This document shows positions 1 to 10,400 of a stretch of DNA of 27,127 nt, one piece after another (position 1 is the stretch's first letter; each line of letters opens with the position of its first letter). Source of the stretch: a virus (Duplodnaviria > Caudoviricetes); IMG/VR virus record IMGVR_UViG_3300046007_006392, positions 1 through 27,127 of that record. The stretch is one strand, 5' to 3'. The notes below the pieces were generated by a model that searched no databases, was not told the DNA's origin, and worked only from the letters and a program-made list of their open reading frames with translations. The position numbers and the translations under genes are program-made.

Positions 1-239
1 CGCCCGCGGATCCGCCGCCCGTCGTGGCGACCCAAGAGACGATCCAGATCCACCTTGACATGGACCCGGTGGCCCAGGCCATCGAGTCCGGCAACGAGAA
101 GGTGGTTCAGGCCATCACCGAACGATTGCGCGAGCTGCGGGTTTCGGCGCCCACGGCCTCGCCGAAGTCATGGACGTTCACCATCAAGCGAGACGTCCGC
201 GGCTTCATCGAGTCCGTAGACGCCGCACCTCGACTCTAG
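1..239 (+). CDS. 3' end of a phage late-region protein, truncated by the window edge
   Basis: Frame is open from position 3 to TAG at 237-239; C-terminus WTFTIKRDVRGFIESVDA; same orientation as the downstream virion genes. Confidence 0.6.
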   Translation, partial: PADPPPVVATQETIQIHLDMDPVAQAIESGNEKVVQAITERLRELRVSAPTASPKSWTFTIKRDVRGFIESVDAAPRL

Positions 240-252
240 TTTTCTTCAGCCA

Positions 253-267
253 CCAACATTTTGTTTG
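253..267. promoter_or_regulatory. Operator-like palindrome CCAACA-TTT-TGTTTG (one mismatch to CCAACA-N3-TGTTGG)
   Basis: Near-identical to the perfect palindromes at 20597-20611 and 25628-25642; in an AT-rich intergenic gap directly upstream of the RBS of the gene at 281. Confidence 0.5.
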
Positions 268-280
268 AAAGGAAAACATC

Positions 281-661
281 ATGGCAGTCATTTACGACAC
301 CCCCACCAAAGCAGCTCGCATGACCGCGGTTCGCGACCAGGTCGACTCCGGCAGCGGCCCCGGCGTGCTGCAGATCGGCACGGCCGGCATGGCCACCGTG
401 CTGGCTGAGATCACCCTCGACGACCCGTGCGGAACGGTCTCCGGCGCCGTGCTGACCCTCAGCGGATTCCCGAAGTCTGACACCTCGGCGAACGCCTCGG
501 GCACGCCTGCTGCCGCCCGTATCCGCGACAGCAACAACAACGATCGCATTACCGGCCTGACGGTTGGGTTGAGTGCTGCCGACATCATCCTCGACTCGCT
601 GTCCATCACCGCCGGTCAGACGGTGACCATCGACAGCGCGGCGATCACGCACGCGGCTTGA
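281..661 (+). CDS. Small virion structural protein (fibre-associated, beta-rich), 126 aa
   Basis: RBS GAAAGGAAAA; Thr/Gly/Ala/Ser-rich composition typical of the small proteins that precede phage head/tail fibre genes. Confidence 0.7.
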   Translation: MAVIYDTPTKAARMTAVRDQVDSGSGPGVLQIGTAGMATVLAEITLDDPCGTVSGAVLTLSGFPKSDTSANASGTPAAARIRDSNNNDRITGLTVGLSAADIILDSLSITAGQTVTIDSAAITHAA

Positions 662-669
662 GGTAGAGC

Positions 670-1077
670 ATGGCCGCATCACAACTTAGCTACACCCCCG
701 GCGCAGGCGCAAACGTCGCCACTGACCTGGATGCTGGCGGCGCCCACCACCAGAAGGCGCTGATCGAGCACTTGCAAGAAGGCGTGCCGACGCCCGTCAC
801 CGAAGACGCGCCCCTGCCCGTGGCCGACCGTCACACCGGCGGCCTGCTGCTGCGCATCCTGCAAATGCTCATGGCACCTCTGGGCTATGACAAGTCGCTT
901 GGGCGGCAGCGCGGCACAGTGGTGGTTGAAAGCGGCACGGTCACCGCAGTCACCACAGTCACGACAGTCACGACGCTGGCAAACATTGCAGCAGTCGGCG
1001 GCTACTCCGCGCAGATGACTGTGTTCGATCAAAACCGCTCCGCCTGGGCGCAATGTGTCCGAGCCCGCATCACCTGA
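670..1077 (+). CDS. Putative virion fibre-associated protein, 135 aa
   Basis: RBS GAGGT; contains the low-complexity run SGTVTAVTTVTTVTT; fits the operon. Confidence 0.65.
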   Translation: MAASQLSYTPGAGANVATDLDAGGAHHQKALIEHLQEGVPTPVTEDAPLPVADRHTGGLLLRILQMLMAPLGYDKSLGRQRGTVVVESGTVTAVTTVTTVTTLANIAAVGGYSAQMTVFDQNRSAWAQCVRARIT

Positions 1078-1086
1078 GAGAACAAA

Positions 1087-2703
1087 ATGGCAAACACCTT
1101 CAAGAAAGTCATCGACCAACTCGTCTGGCGGCAGGTCAACCCGGCGCCCAACGCCCATGCGGCTGCGGCTTCAATGGCTTCAGACCTGCGCTCCGATGTG
1201 TCTCGCAACCCGTTTGTCTACCAGACGATCAGCAACACGGTGGTGAACAGGTTCAACATCGTCACCAAGGCGTGGCAGCCGATGGCATCAATGGCCCTGG
1301 CGGGCACCTTCGGAGCTGGCGCGGCCTCGGCTTTTGTTCCGTCCCTCGGGCTGGTGGGCACCATTGCCGCAGGCGCGACCACCACCTCGGTCGTGATCTC
1401 CACCGCGTTTCCCACTGCGGTCGGCACCAACATGCTGGCCAACCGTGGTGGCTCTGGTGATTACGGCTTCAAGCTGCGAATCATCGACACCGTGGCCGGC
1501 AAGACCGCCGAGCGTTACATCACCGGCAACACCGCAGGCACCACGCCAACGATACAGGTGCTGAGTTCTTTTGGCTTCACACCCAGCAACGGCGCCCGGT
1601 ACGAGATCATCGCCGGCCGTTTGTTCAATCTGGGCGCTGGCGCCGTCGCCGCCAACATCTGGCGCTCGTTTGAGGTTGCGTCCAACACGCTGTCAACGGG
1701 CCTGTCAACCACCAACCTGCCCGCCACCATCGGCACCGACTCCGACATCATGGTGCTGGACGAGCAGTACACGCCCTACGATTGCAGCCCCGGCGACGGC
1801 ATGATCAAGGGCGCATACAACTACGACACGGGCGTGGTCAGTCGCTATGCCCTGACGGCCACAGCAGCGGGCGCATCCACCCTGACAGGACAGGCCACGC
1901 TGGGTGATGCGGTGGTGGTGGCAAACGAATACCGCAACTTCCAGATACGGATTGTTGAGGACACGACCACGCCCGCAGCGGTGGGTCAGCGGCGCATCAT
2001 CGCCAGCCACACCGCAGGCCCCAGCGCCGTCTACACGCTGGGCACCGCCTGGGCCACGCAGCCCTCAGCCAGCGCGAAGTTCGTGATCGAGCTGCCCAAC
2101 CTGCTGCTGATGCGCTCCACGGCCACCACCACGGTTTACACCTACAACTACGGCGATGCTACCGTCAACAACGGCACCAACAGCATTGCGGCCGGGGCGT
2201 GGTCGACTACCTACTTCGGGGCCGCCCCAGCGGCTCAAGCAGCGGGCGGTATGTGGATGCCGTCTTGGGGCATCCGGCCAGACGCAGCCCGCAACGCCCG
2301 GCACAGCTTCTGCTACTTCCTCCGGGGTGGCGCAGTCACGCTGGACGTTCTGGACATCGCCGCAAGCATCACGGGCACTTGGGCCGGGGCAATTGCTTAC
2401 GATGGCAACACGGTGACCATCGGCGTGGGCTCTTGCGGCGGGTACGCGCCGTTCGAGAACGAGGGGCGCATGTTCTACATCAACGCCTACGTCGCCAGCG
2501 CCGCCAACCAGTTCTTCCGCTTCGACGTGCAGAACCGAGTGCTCAGCCCGTACACCAACACCGACTTCATCCAGTCCGGCACGGCGGCACTCGGCAAGCG
2601 CATCGCAGCCTACGCGGCGCTGGACGGCACCGACACATACGATGTCGTGCTGATGCAGTCGCACCTCTCCACAATCTCGCAAGAACTGGTGGTGCTGGTA
2701 TGA
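1087..2703 (+). CDS. Putative receptor-binding/fibre-tip virion protein, 538 aa
   Basis: Thr/Ala/Gly-rich beta-type sequence with two copies of an internal module (...FKLRIID...ERYITGNTAG and ...FQIRIVED...RRIIASHTAG) and propeller-like motifs (VNRFNIVTKAWQ, FFRFDVQNRVLS). Confidence 0.7.
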   Translation: MANTFKKVIDQLVWRQVNPAPNAHAAAASMASDLRSDVSRNPFVYQTISNTVVNRFNIVTKAWQPMASMALAGTFGAGAASAFVPSLGLVGTIAAGATTTSVVISTAFPTAVGTNMLANRGGSGDYGFKLRIIDTVAGKTAERYITGNTAGTTPTIQVLSSFGFTPSNGARYEIIAGRLFNLGAGAVAANIWRSFEVASNTLSTGLSTTNLPATIGTDSDIMVLDEQYTPYDCSPGDGMIKGAYNYDTGVVSRYALTATAAGASTLTGQATLGDAVVVANEYRNFQIRIVEDTTTPAAVGQRRIIASHTAGPSAVYTLGTAWATQPSASAKFVIELPNLLLMRSTATTTVYTYNYGDATVNNGTNSIAAGAWSTTYFGAAPAAQAAGGMWMPSWGIRPDAARNARHSFCYFLRGGAVTLDVLDIAASITGTWAGAIAYDGNTVTIGVGSCGGYAPFENEGRMFYINAYVASAANQFFRFDVQNRVLSPYTNTDFIQSGTAALGKRIAAYAALDGTDTYDVVLMQSHLSTISQELVVLV

Positions 2704-2867
2704 GCATCGAAGACCTGATCCGCCTGATGGAGGCGCGGCTTGCCGCGCTGAACAGCGCTCGCGCATCGGCTGCGGCAGTGGGCGATCTGGAGCAGATCAC
2801 GCGGCTTGACGCCGAAGTCGCTAAAACGACCGCCACGCTCGACCGCCTGAAGACCCTGGTGGTGTAA
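2700..2867 (+). CDS. Small helical-hairpin/coiled-coil protein, 55 aa (MSIEDLIRLMEARLAALN...)
   Basis: ATGA overlap with the upstream stop; the real start is 2700, not the 2199 given in the ORF track. Confidence 0.7.
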   Translation: MSIEDLIRLMEARLAALNSARASAAAVGDLEQITRLDAEVAKTTATLDRLKTLVV

Positions 2868-2870
2868 CGC

Positions 2871-3941
2871 ATGTTTCTCACCCTGCTCCAATCCGGCGGG
2901 GCAGGGCCGCCGGCCATTACCGGCAACCTGTCGGCCGTCGAGTCCGGCGCCGACACTCTCAGCGCAGAAGGTGTCGTCCGCGTCAGCGGTGCGCTGTCTG
3001 CTGCGGAGGCAGGCGGCGACACCTTTGCCGCCAGCGGCGGAGCACCTGGCCCCGTCGCCGGCACCCTGGCCGCCACTGAAAGCGGCGCCGACGCCTTTGC
3101 CTCCGCCGGCAGGGCCATCATCAGGGGGGCGCTGTCCGCCGCGGAAAGCGGTGCGGATGCCGCAGCCTTTGCTGGCCGCGTCAGGGTTGGGGGCGCGCTT
3201 GCGGCCGCGGAGGGCGGGTCCGACGCCATTGCCTCAAGTGGCAAAGCCCTTGTCGAGGGCGCCGTGGCTGCCGCGGAGGTGGGTACGGACACTGCCGCCG
3301 CATCTGGCAAGGTGGCCGTCAAGGGGGCGCTCGCGGCGAGCGAGGCGGGAGCGGACACCGCAAGCTCCGTCGGCAGGGTCATTGTCAAGGGCGCGCTGGC
3401 GGTCACCGAGATTGGCGCAGACGGTCTTGCGGGCGCAGGCGCCGTCAAGGTCAAGGGCGGGCTTGCCGCCCAAGAGGCTGGCGCAGATGTCCTCGCCGCC
3501 TCGGGCTCCGTCAGCAACGAGATCACCGGCACTCTGGACGCGCTCGAAGATGGCGCGGATGCGGTATCCGCCTATGGCATCGTCAGGGTCCGTGGCGCAC
3601 TCGCGGTCAGCGAAGCCGGCGCCGACGCCTCGGCCGCGGCGGGCAGCGTCTTGGTCAGGGCCTCGGTCTCAGCGACCGAATCCGGGTCCGACACCGCCTC
3701 TGTGGCCGGCGAGGTCTCGTATGGGGCGCCGCCGTCGGCCATCTGGGGCTACACGCTCAGCAATGGCCTGACGGCCGGCCAGACGCTTGTGGAGCTGCAC
3801 GCGATGCTGCGTGAGCTGCACCAGATTCACGGCCTCGAGCTCGGCTCGCCGCTCATCGTGTCCGCCACCGAGCGCTCCGTTGCCTCGATCGTGCAGGGCA
3901 TCAGCGAGCTCGCGGGTTCCGTCACCGTCACAAGGCACTGA
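2871..3941 (+). CDS. Fibre-like virion protein with 12 tandem ~22-aa repeats, 356 aa
   Basis: Repeat consensus xVxGALAAxExGADxxAAxGxV occurs 12 times, followed by a distinct ~65-aa C-terminal domain. Confidence 0.75.
   Translation: MFLTLLQSGGAGPPAITGNLSAVESGADTLSAEGVVRVSGALSAAEAGGDTFAASGGAPGPVAGTLAATESGADAFASAGRAIIRGALSAAESGADAAAFAGRVRVGGALAAAEGGSDAIASSGKALVEGAVAAAEVGTDTAAASGKVAVKGALAASEAGADTASSVGRVIVKGALAVTEIGADGLAGAGAVKVKGGLAAQEAGADVLAASGSVSNEITGTLDALEDGADAVSAYGIVRVRGALAVSEAGADASAAAGSVLVRASVSATESGSDTASVAGEVSYGAPPSAIWGYTLSNGLTAGQTLVELHAMLRELHQIHGLELGSPLIVSATERSVASIVQGISELAGSVTVTRH
2916..3717 (+). repeat. Degenerate coding tandem repeat, ~66-nt unit x12
   Basis: Periodic GALxAxExGAD motif in the translation. 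Confidence 0.85.
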
Positions 3942-3943
3942 AG

Positions 3944-4162
3944 ATGACCACGCCCGCAAGAGTCTGGTCATACCCTATGAGCGGCGGCACCACTGGCACC
4001 CTTGCTGCGGCGTCTGAGATGAGCTGCAGGGAGGTCCACCAGATCACCGGGCTTGAGCCTGGCGCGCCCCTGATGAACAGCGAGTCCGCCAGGTCGGCGG
4101 GGGGCATCGCCCAGTCCATCGCAAGCCAGGGCGGCGCCACTGTCGTTGAGAGGCTGGCCTGA
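3944..4162 (+). CDS. 72-aa protein paralogous to the C-terminal domain of the upstream fibre protein
   Basis: VWSY...REVHQITGLEPGAPL...RSAGGIAQSI...TVVER aligns by eye with IWGY...RELHQIHGLELGSPL...RSVASIVQGI...VTVTR. Confidence 0.75.
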   Translation: MTTPARVWSYPMSGGTTGTLAAASEMSCREVHQITGLEPGAPLMNSESARSAGGIAQSIASQGGATVVERLA

Positions 4163-4425
4163 TGCTGTCCCCTCGCGCCATCGCCGTCCAGGGCATTGGG
4201 TATTCGCCCCGGGTTGCGGCGGTCCAGGGCTTTGCCGCTGTCGACCTGTTTGTGGTCGTCCCGTCCACCGGCGGCGGAGCGTCCGCCGGGGTTGACTCGT
4301 ACCGAGAGGTTCGGCGAAGCCTGTTCGGCCTGGATGAGAGCGACGTCGTCGCCCAGGTGCACCGACAGGACGAAGAGGTTTTGACCATCATTATGATGGC
4401 CGTGATTCGCGGAGATGTTCTATGA
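4162..4425 (+). CDS. Hypothetical late protein, 87 aa
   Basis: TGATG overlap upstream and ATGA overlap with the giant gene downstream; internal AVQG duplication. Confidence 0.65.
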   Translation: MLSPRAIAVQGIGYSPRVAAVQGFAAVDLFVVVPSTGGGASAGVDSYREVRRSLFGLDESDVVAQVHRQDEEVLTIIMMAVIRGDVL

Positions 4426-7400
4426 GCACACTGAAAATTTCTGGTTGCATGAGCGTTGTGAAGGACATGGGCGACCTCGATCGCGATGCCCTTCTGGAGC
4501 GCCTGGACCAGTACCGCGCCGACGGCGTGCCCGTTGAGCGCGCGCAGGTCATGGCCACAGCCGACACGATGGCCGAGCTCGAGGACGAGCGCCGCGAGTT
4601 CATGCGCCTGCTCAAGGAGCAGCACCCGGACATCTTCACGGTGACGGCCCCGGCCGAGCGCGAGGGCGGCATTCGCAAGAGCGCCGATCGCCAGATCGAC
4701 ACGCCCGAGTTCAAGAAGTGGTTCGGCGACAGCAAGGTGGTCGACGGCAATGGCCGGCCGCTGGTGGTGTACCACGGGACGCAGGGCGACTTCGACACGT
4801 TCCGCGACGACATTGAGGGGCGGGCGGGGTTCTACTTCACCAGCGACAAGGCGTTCGCCAGCAGCTTTGCGGAGGGTGGCGGCGCTAATGTCATGCCCGC
4901 CTACCTCTCGATCAGTAAGCCGGCGGATCTTCGGCGCGGTGTGCCAGGCAGCGTGTATGACGCGCTGGAAGGACAAGGCTACTCGCGTCTTGTCGAGCTG
5001 TACGAAAGCGACCCACAGGAAATTTGGAACTTCTTCGACGGCGACACTGAGCTGTCGGATGCGCTGAAGCGTGCAGGCTACGACGGCATGCGGTTGTCCG
5101 AGCCAAGTGGGCGCCGGGAGGTTTATTCGTGGGTGGCATTCCGCCCGGAGCAGATCAAGTCCGCCATCGGAAACAATGGCGACTTTGCGGCTGACAATCC
5201 GGACATCACCAAGTCCGCCGACCGCCAAACCGATACCCCCGAGTTCAAGCGCTGGTTCGCCGACTCGGTGATGACCGAGAACGGCAAGCCCGGCGGCGAG
5301 CCGCTGGTGCTGTACCACGGCGGCTTCGATTTCGCGCAGGCGCCCGATGGTAAGGCAGTGCCGAAGGTCAGCGGCCGCGGCTCACTGGGCGTCGGCTTCT
5401 ACATGACGCCCGACAAAGATCGCGCGCGCGGGTATGCCGAGGACAACAGCGGTGCCGTGAGCAGCCTCTACGTCCGCATGGAGCGCCCGCTGGAGATCCG
5501 CCTCTCGCGCGGCCAGGACCCCATGGTCGAGGCTTTGGTGGCCCTCGGCATGGACCGCGACAAGGCGGCAAGGAAGGTCGAGTCCGCCTACGAGAAGTAC
5601 GGCTACGTCGGCTCCGAGGTCAAGAGCCTGGCGCTGAATAAGGGCTACGACGGCCTGGTCGAGTACATCGGCAACAAGATGTCGGAGGTCGTTGTCTGGA
5701 ACCCGACCCAGGTCAAGAGCGCAACCAACAACGACGGCGGGTTCTCGTGGAACCCCGACATCCGCCGCAGCGCCGATCGCACCCCGCTCGGCTTCTACAG
5801 CGCTCTGGCGCGCGGCCTCCAAGACGCTCCGATCAAGTCCGCCCCAGCCGGCGCCTGGAAGACTGCGATCAAGGGCCTGATCAACAAGGGCGCCGTGAAG
5901 GCCGACGAGGTCGAGTGGTCAGGCATCAACGACTGGATCGATCTTGAGGGCCAACCCAAGCCCGTCTATGAAAGCGGATACGGCCTGATCGATGAGCACC
6001 AGAACGAGGATGGCACCTGGCAGCAGGTCGATGATCTCGGCGCCTATTTCCGCACCAAGGACGAGGCCGAGTCGGCGATCACAGACGAGTTGCGCCGGGC
6101 GTCAGAGGAGTGGGCAAAGAAGGAGGGCGTCAAGAGCCGTATCAGCGTCGAGAGCTTCGACAACCTTGACCTCGGAAAGACCGTCACCCCCAAGATCACC
6201 AAAGAGCAGGTCGCGCAGTACCTCGAGCAGGGCGGGGTGCGGGTTGAGGAGGTGGTGCTGGGAGAGACTGGCCTTGACGGCGGCACCGAAGGCTTTGTTG
6301 TTGGTCGATACGGCGACAAGGAGTGGGGCATTTATCGCGTCGACGACGGAGATTCTGCGGACCCTGTTGGGGGCACGTTCTCTTCTCGATCGGACGCTGA
6401 GCTGGCCCTTGAGAAAATGCAGGCAGACCTGCCAACTAAGTACAGCCAGTACACCCTACCCGGTGGCGAGAACTACCGCGAGGTGTTGCTGACGTTGCCC
6501 ATCAAGGCTGAGCCCAACGATCCTAAGCCGCTCAAGATTGAGCGCCGAGATGATGGGGCGTATGTGCTGTCTGACAAGTACGGCCCTGTCAAGACGGTCC
6601 CCACAATTGAAGAGGCGGAAGCATACCGGGATCGCCGCAGCGCAGACGACGCGGCCGTCTTGATGCGGCGTCGTGAAAATGAAGGCAAGCTGTACCGCTC
6701 CCCCCGCTGGGACCAACCCAACGTCCTCGCCCACATTCGTGTAAACGACCGCACCGATGCCGATGGCAAGCGCGTGCTGTTTGTCGAGGAGCTGCAGAGT
6801 GACTGGGGTCAGGAGGGGAAGAAGAAGGGGTTCAAGGGCGACCCGACCTACATGCAGGGCATGGAGGGTCAGGACGAAGGATTCGTTGGCCTCAATGCTT
6901 CTGGTGTGCCTCGCGCCCCCTTCGTCACCAAGACCGAAGGCTGGCTCAACCTCGCCCTCAAGCGCGTGATGGTCATGGCCGCAGAAGGTGGCTATGACAA
7001 GGTGGCGTTCGTCAACGGCGAGCAGTCTGCGGATCGGTATGACCTGAGCAAGCAGGTTGAGCGCATCGACGCGATGAGCGATGCCGCTCGCACCGGGGAG
7101 ACGTTCTACAACCTCGACATTTCCACGAAAGACGGCCGCGACTTCAACCGAGACGGCCTGACCGCCGATCAGCTTGAAGAGCACGTCGGCAAGGAAATGG
7201 CGCAGAAGATCGTTGAGTCGCTTCCTTCGCCTGGAATGAAGGCTAGGTTCTCTGGCCTTGACCTCAAGGTCGGCGGCGAAGGCATGAAGACCTTCTACGA
7301 CACCATCGTGCCCACAACGCTGAAGAAGCTGCTGCCGAAGGTGGGTGGTGGGCAGATGAGGGCTGTTGCTCTCGGCGGCGATTACTCCATCGAAGAGCGC

Positions 7401-10400
7401 CCCGGCAGCTACTATGCGATCGTCGAGAACGGTGAGCAGGTCGGCGGTCTTTACGACCTTCGCGTCGAGGCCGAAGAGGCGCTCGCCAAGATGAGCGGGG
7501 CGCAACCCGGCTTCGACGTCACCGACGCCATGCGCGAGAAGGTGGCCGGCGGCGTGCCGCTGTTCAGCCCGGATCGCGCCCAGACGCAGACGCCCGAGTT
7601 CAAGAAGTGGTTCGAGGGCTCCAAAGTTGTGAACGGCCTCGGCCAGCCGCGCGTCGTGTACCACGGCACAGCGGCCGACGTTGCGATCTTCGACATGGGT
7701 CGCGCCGGTCAGACCTACGGCCTCAAGGACGAGCAAGCCTTCTTCTTCACCGGCCGCCTGGAGACCGCAGAGTCTGCGGCCGACGACGCCACAGGCCTGC
7801 CGATCTACGCCGAGAAGTACCGCTACAAGGGCTTTGGCGGCGGCCGCGAGGTCGACACCGACTACGACTTCGATGACGGCGAAGCGTACGACAGCACGGC
7901 CCTGTACAACGGCGGCCAAAACGTGATGCCGGCGTACCTGGCGCTGAAGAACCCGCTGATCATCGATGCCGATGAAGGCTACGGCGCCGGAAGCTACCTC
8001 GAGAGCCGCGGCGAGCTCCCCGGGGCGCTGATCGCGCGCGCCAAGAGCGAGGGCTATGACGGCATCATCATTCGCGGCAAGTACCGCAATGTCGAGCGGA
8101 TCTCTCGGGTCCGAGCAAACAGCTGGATGAGCGACGCCGAGAAGAAGAAGATCCTCGAAGGCATCGCCCGCGAGGATGCCCGCAAGCGCCAGACCGACAA
8201 CTACTTCATCGCCTTCCGGCCCAACCAGATCAAGTCGGCGATCGGCAATATCGGCGCGTTCGGTCAGCGCCCAGTGACCGCCGAAGAGGCGGCTCGGTTC
8301 GGCATGGGCGAGATGGAGGCCAACTTCCGCCAGTACGAAGGCGATATCCGCTTCAGCGTCGACCGCGACTATGAGCCAGAGAGGACGGTCAAGGCCTACA
8401 AGCTCTTCCGCACCTCGCCGCGCGAGCCTGGCAAGCTGTTCCCGCTGTTCGTCAACGCCGACAAGTCGGTGCCGATGGGGCAATGGCTGCGCGCCGAAGA
8501 TGGGCCCGCGGCCGCCGGCGGCAAGGTCAAGTCCAAGCTGGGCCCGCTGGCCTACCGCCCGGGCTGGCACGCCGGTGACATGCCTGTTGCAACGCACATC
8601 GGCATGAAGCCGAAGCCGGGCGACAACAAGCCCACAGTGCGCAACCCTGAGCAAGTCTGGGCTGAGGTGGAGTTCGCCGCCGATGTCGACTGGCAGGAGG
8701 AGGCCAACAAGCGCGGCACCAACGCCCAGGGCAAGGTGGTGCCTGTCAAGGCGCACATCACCGACCGGGTTCCGGAGGGCGGCTTCTACCGCTACAAGAC
8801 CAACCCGAAGATGACGGGCGCCTGGTTGATCGGCGGCGAGATGAGGGTCAACCGCGTGCTGTCTGATGCGGATGTCAAGCGCATCAACGACAAGGCCGGC
8901 GTCGCCGACCTGCCGCGCGAGAAGCCGCTCGACCTCAAGGCAATGGGCTTCGCGGTGCGCAAGTCAGAGGATCGCGACGGCGGCGAGATCACCGTTGACT
9001 TCTCTGCCGACAAGCCATCCAGGGACAGGGCCAAGGCATGGGTGGCCAAGGTGAACGAGATGTTCCCTCGCAACCCAATGAACGGGCGCCAGCGCGTAAT
9101 GATGTTCGGCGAAGACGACATGGTCATCTTCGAGCTGGACGACAGCGTGACCGTGCCGGGCGCCGCTGAGGTCAAGTGGTTCCAGGCGTATCCGCTGCGC
9201 AGCGGCAACGGCACCAAGGGCATGCAGGAGCTGCAGCGCCTGGCGGCCGAGGACAACATGCCGCTGACGCTGTACCCCTGGGACAAGGGCCGCGTCAGCC
9301 AGGCGGCCCTGACCAAGTTCTACAAGAAGAACGGGTTCACGCCAATCCGCAAGGGTGGCAAAGATCTGGTGTGGCGGCCGGAGGCCGACATCACCAAGTC
9401 CGCCGATCGTGTCCAGGCCAGCGAGAAGCGCGACACCAGCAGCGCCGAGCGGTTTGATCCAAAGCAAATTGAGAACAACCGCGTCCCGGATTACAAGAGC
9501 CGCGAAAAGCTGATTGACATGCCGATCGGCGACTTCTTGGCGTTAGCCGAGAAAGGCGAAGAAGAGGCCAAGGGGCGTGACGTCAAAAAGCTGCTGGACA
9601 ACGGCGCCCGATTCAGTTCGCTGCCTTACCTAAACGTCGATTCGGATTACCGCGCAGACGGCCACGAAGGCCGCCACCGCGCCCGCGCCCTCAAGGCTGC
9701 GGGTTACGAAAAGATGCCCGTCATCCTGCGCGTGGCCGGGCTGCGCTGGAGCGAGCAGGCCGACCCCAGTCGATTCGACTACGTCAAGGACTGGCCGACC
9801 GAACTGCGAGCCCAAGCCACGGCTGAGAATCCCTCTTTTTCAATTCCATTTCCGGTTTCACGCGAGGACGCCATGACGCCGTACCGCGGCGACATCCGGG
9901 CCAGCGAGAAGCGTGACATCGACAGCCCGGAGTTCAAGCGCTGGTTCGGCGACAGCAAGGTGGTTGATGCCGAGGGCCGGCCGCTGGTTGTGTATCACGG
10001 GACTCATGCAAACGATTCGATTGAGCGGTTCTCGGAAGACAAGATCGGGAGTCGCACCGACGATGGGTTCATGGGCCGAGGCTTCTACTTCGGCGACTCA
10101 ACGGACGCCAGCTCATACGCCGGGTATCAACCCTTCAGCGACCCAAGCCGAAAGCCCAGCGGCGGTTCTGTCTACCCCGTCTACCTTTCGCTGCAAAATC
10201 CTCTTGTGCTGTTTGGCCGCAGGGTTGGGGAGCGTGTCAAGCGTATGCCTGATCGCGGCGTGTTGGCCCGAGATGCCGCCGGCCTGCCGCGCAGCGCAAG
10301 CGCCGCTGAACTTCGCGCCAAGCTGGAGGGGATGGGGCACGACGGCGTAATCTACACAGACGAACTTGGAACGCAGGAGTATGTCGCCTTCCGCCCTGAG

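Noticed and set aside
940-975. 9-nt tandem repeat as a phase-variation tract
   Set aside because: In-frame and degenerate; it simply encodes VTT repeats.
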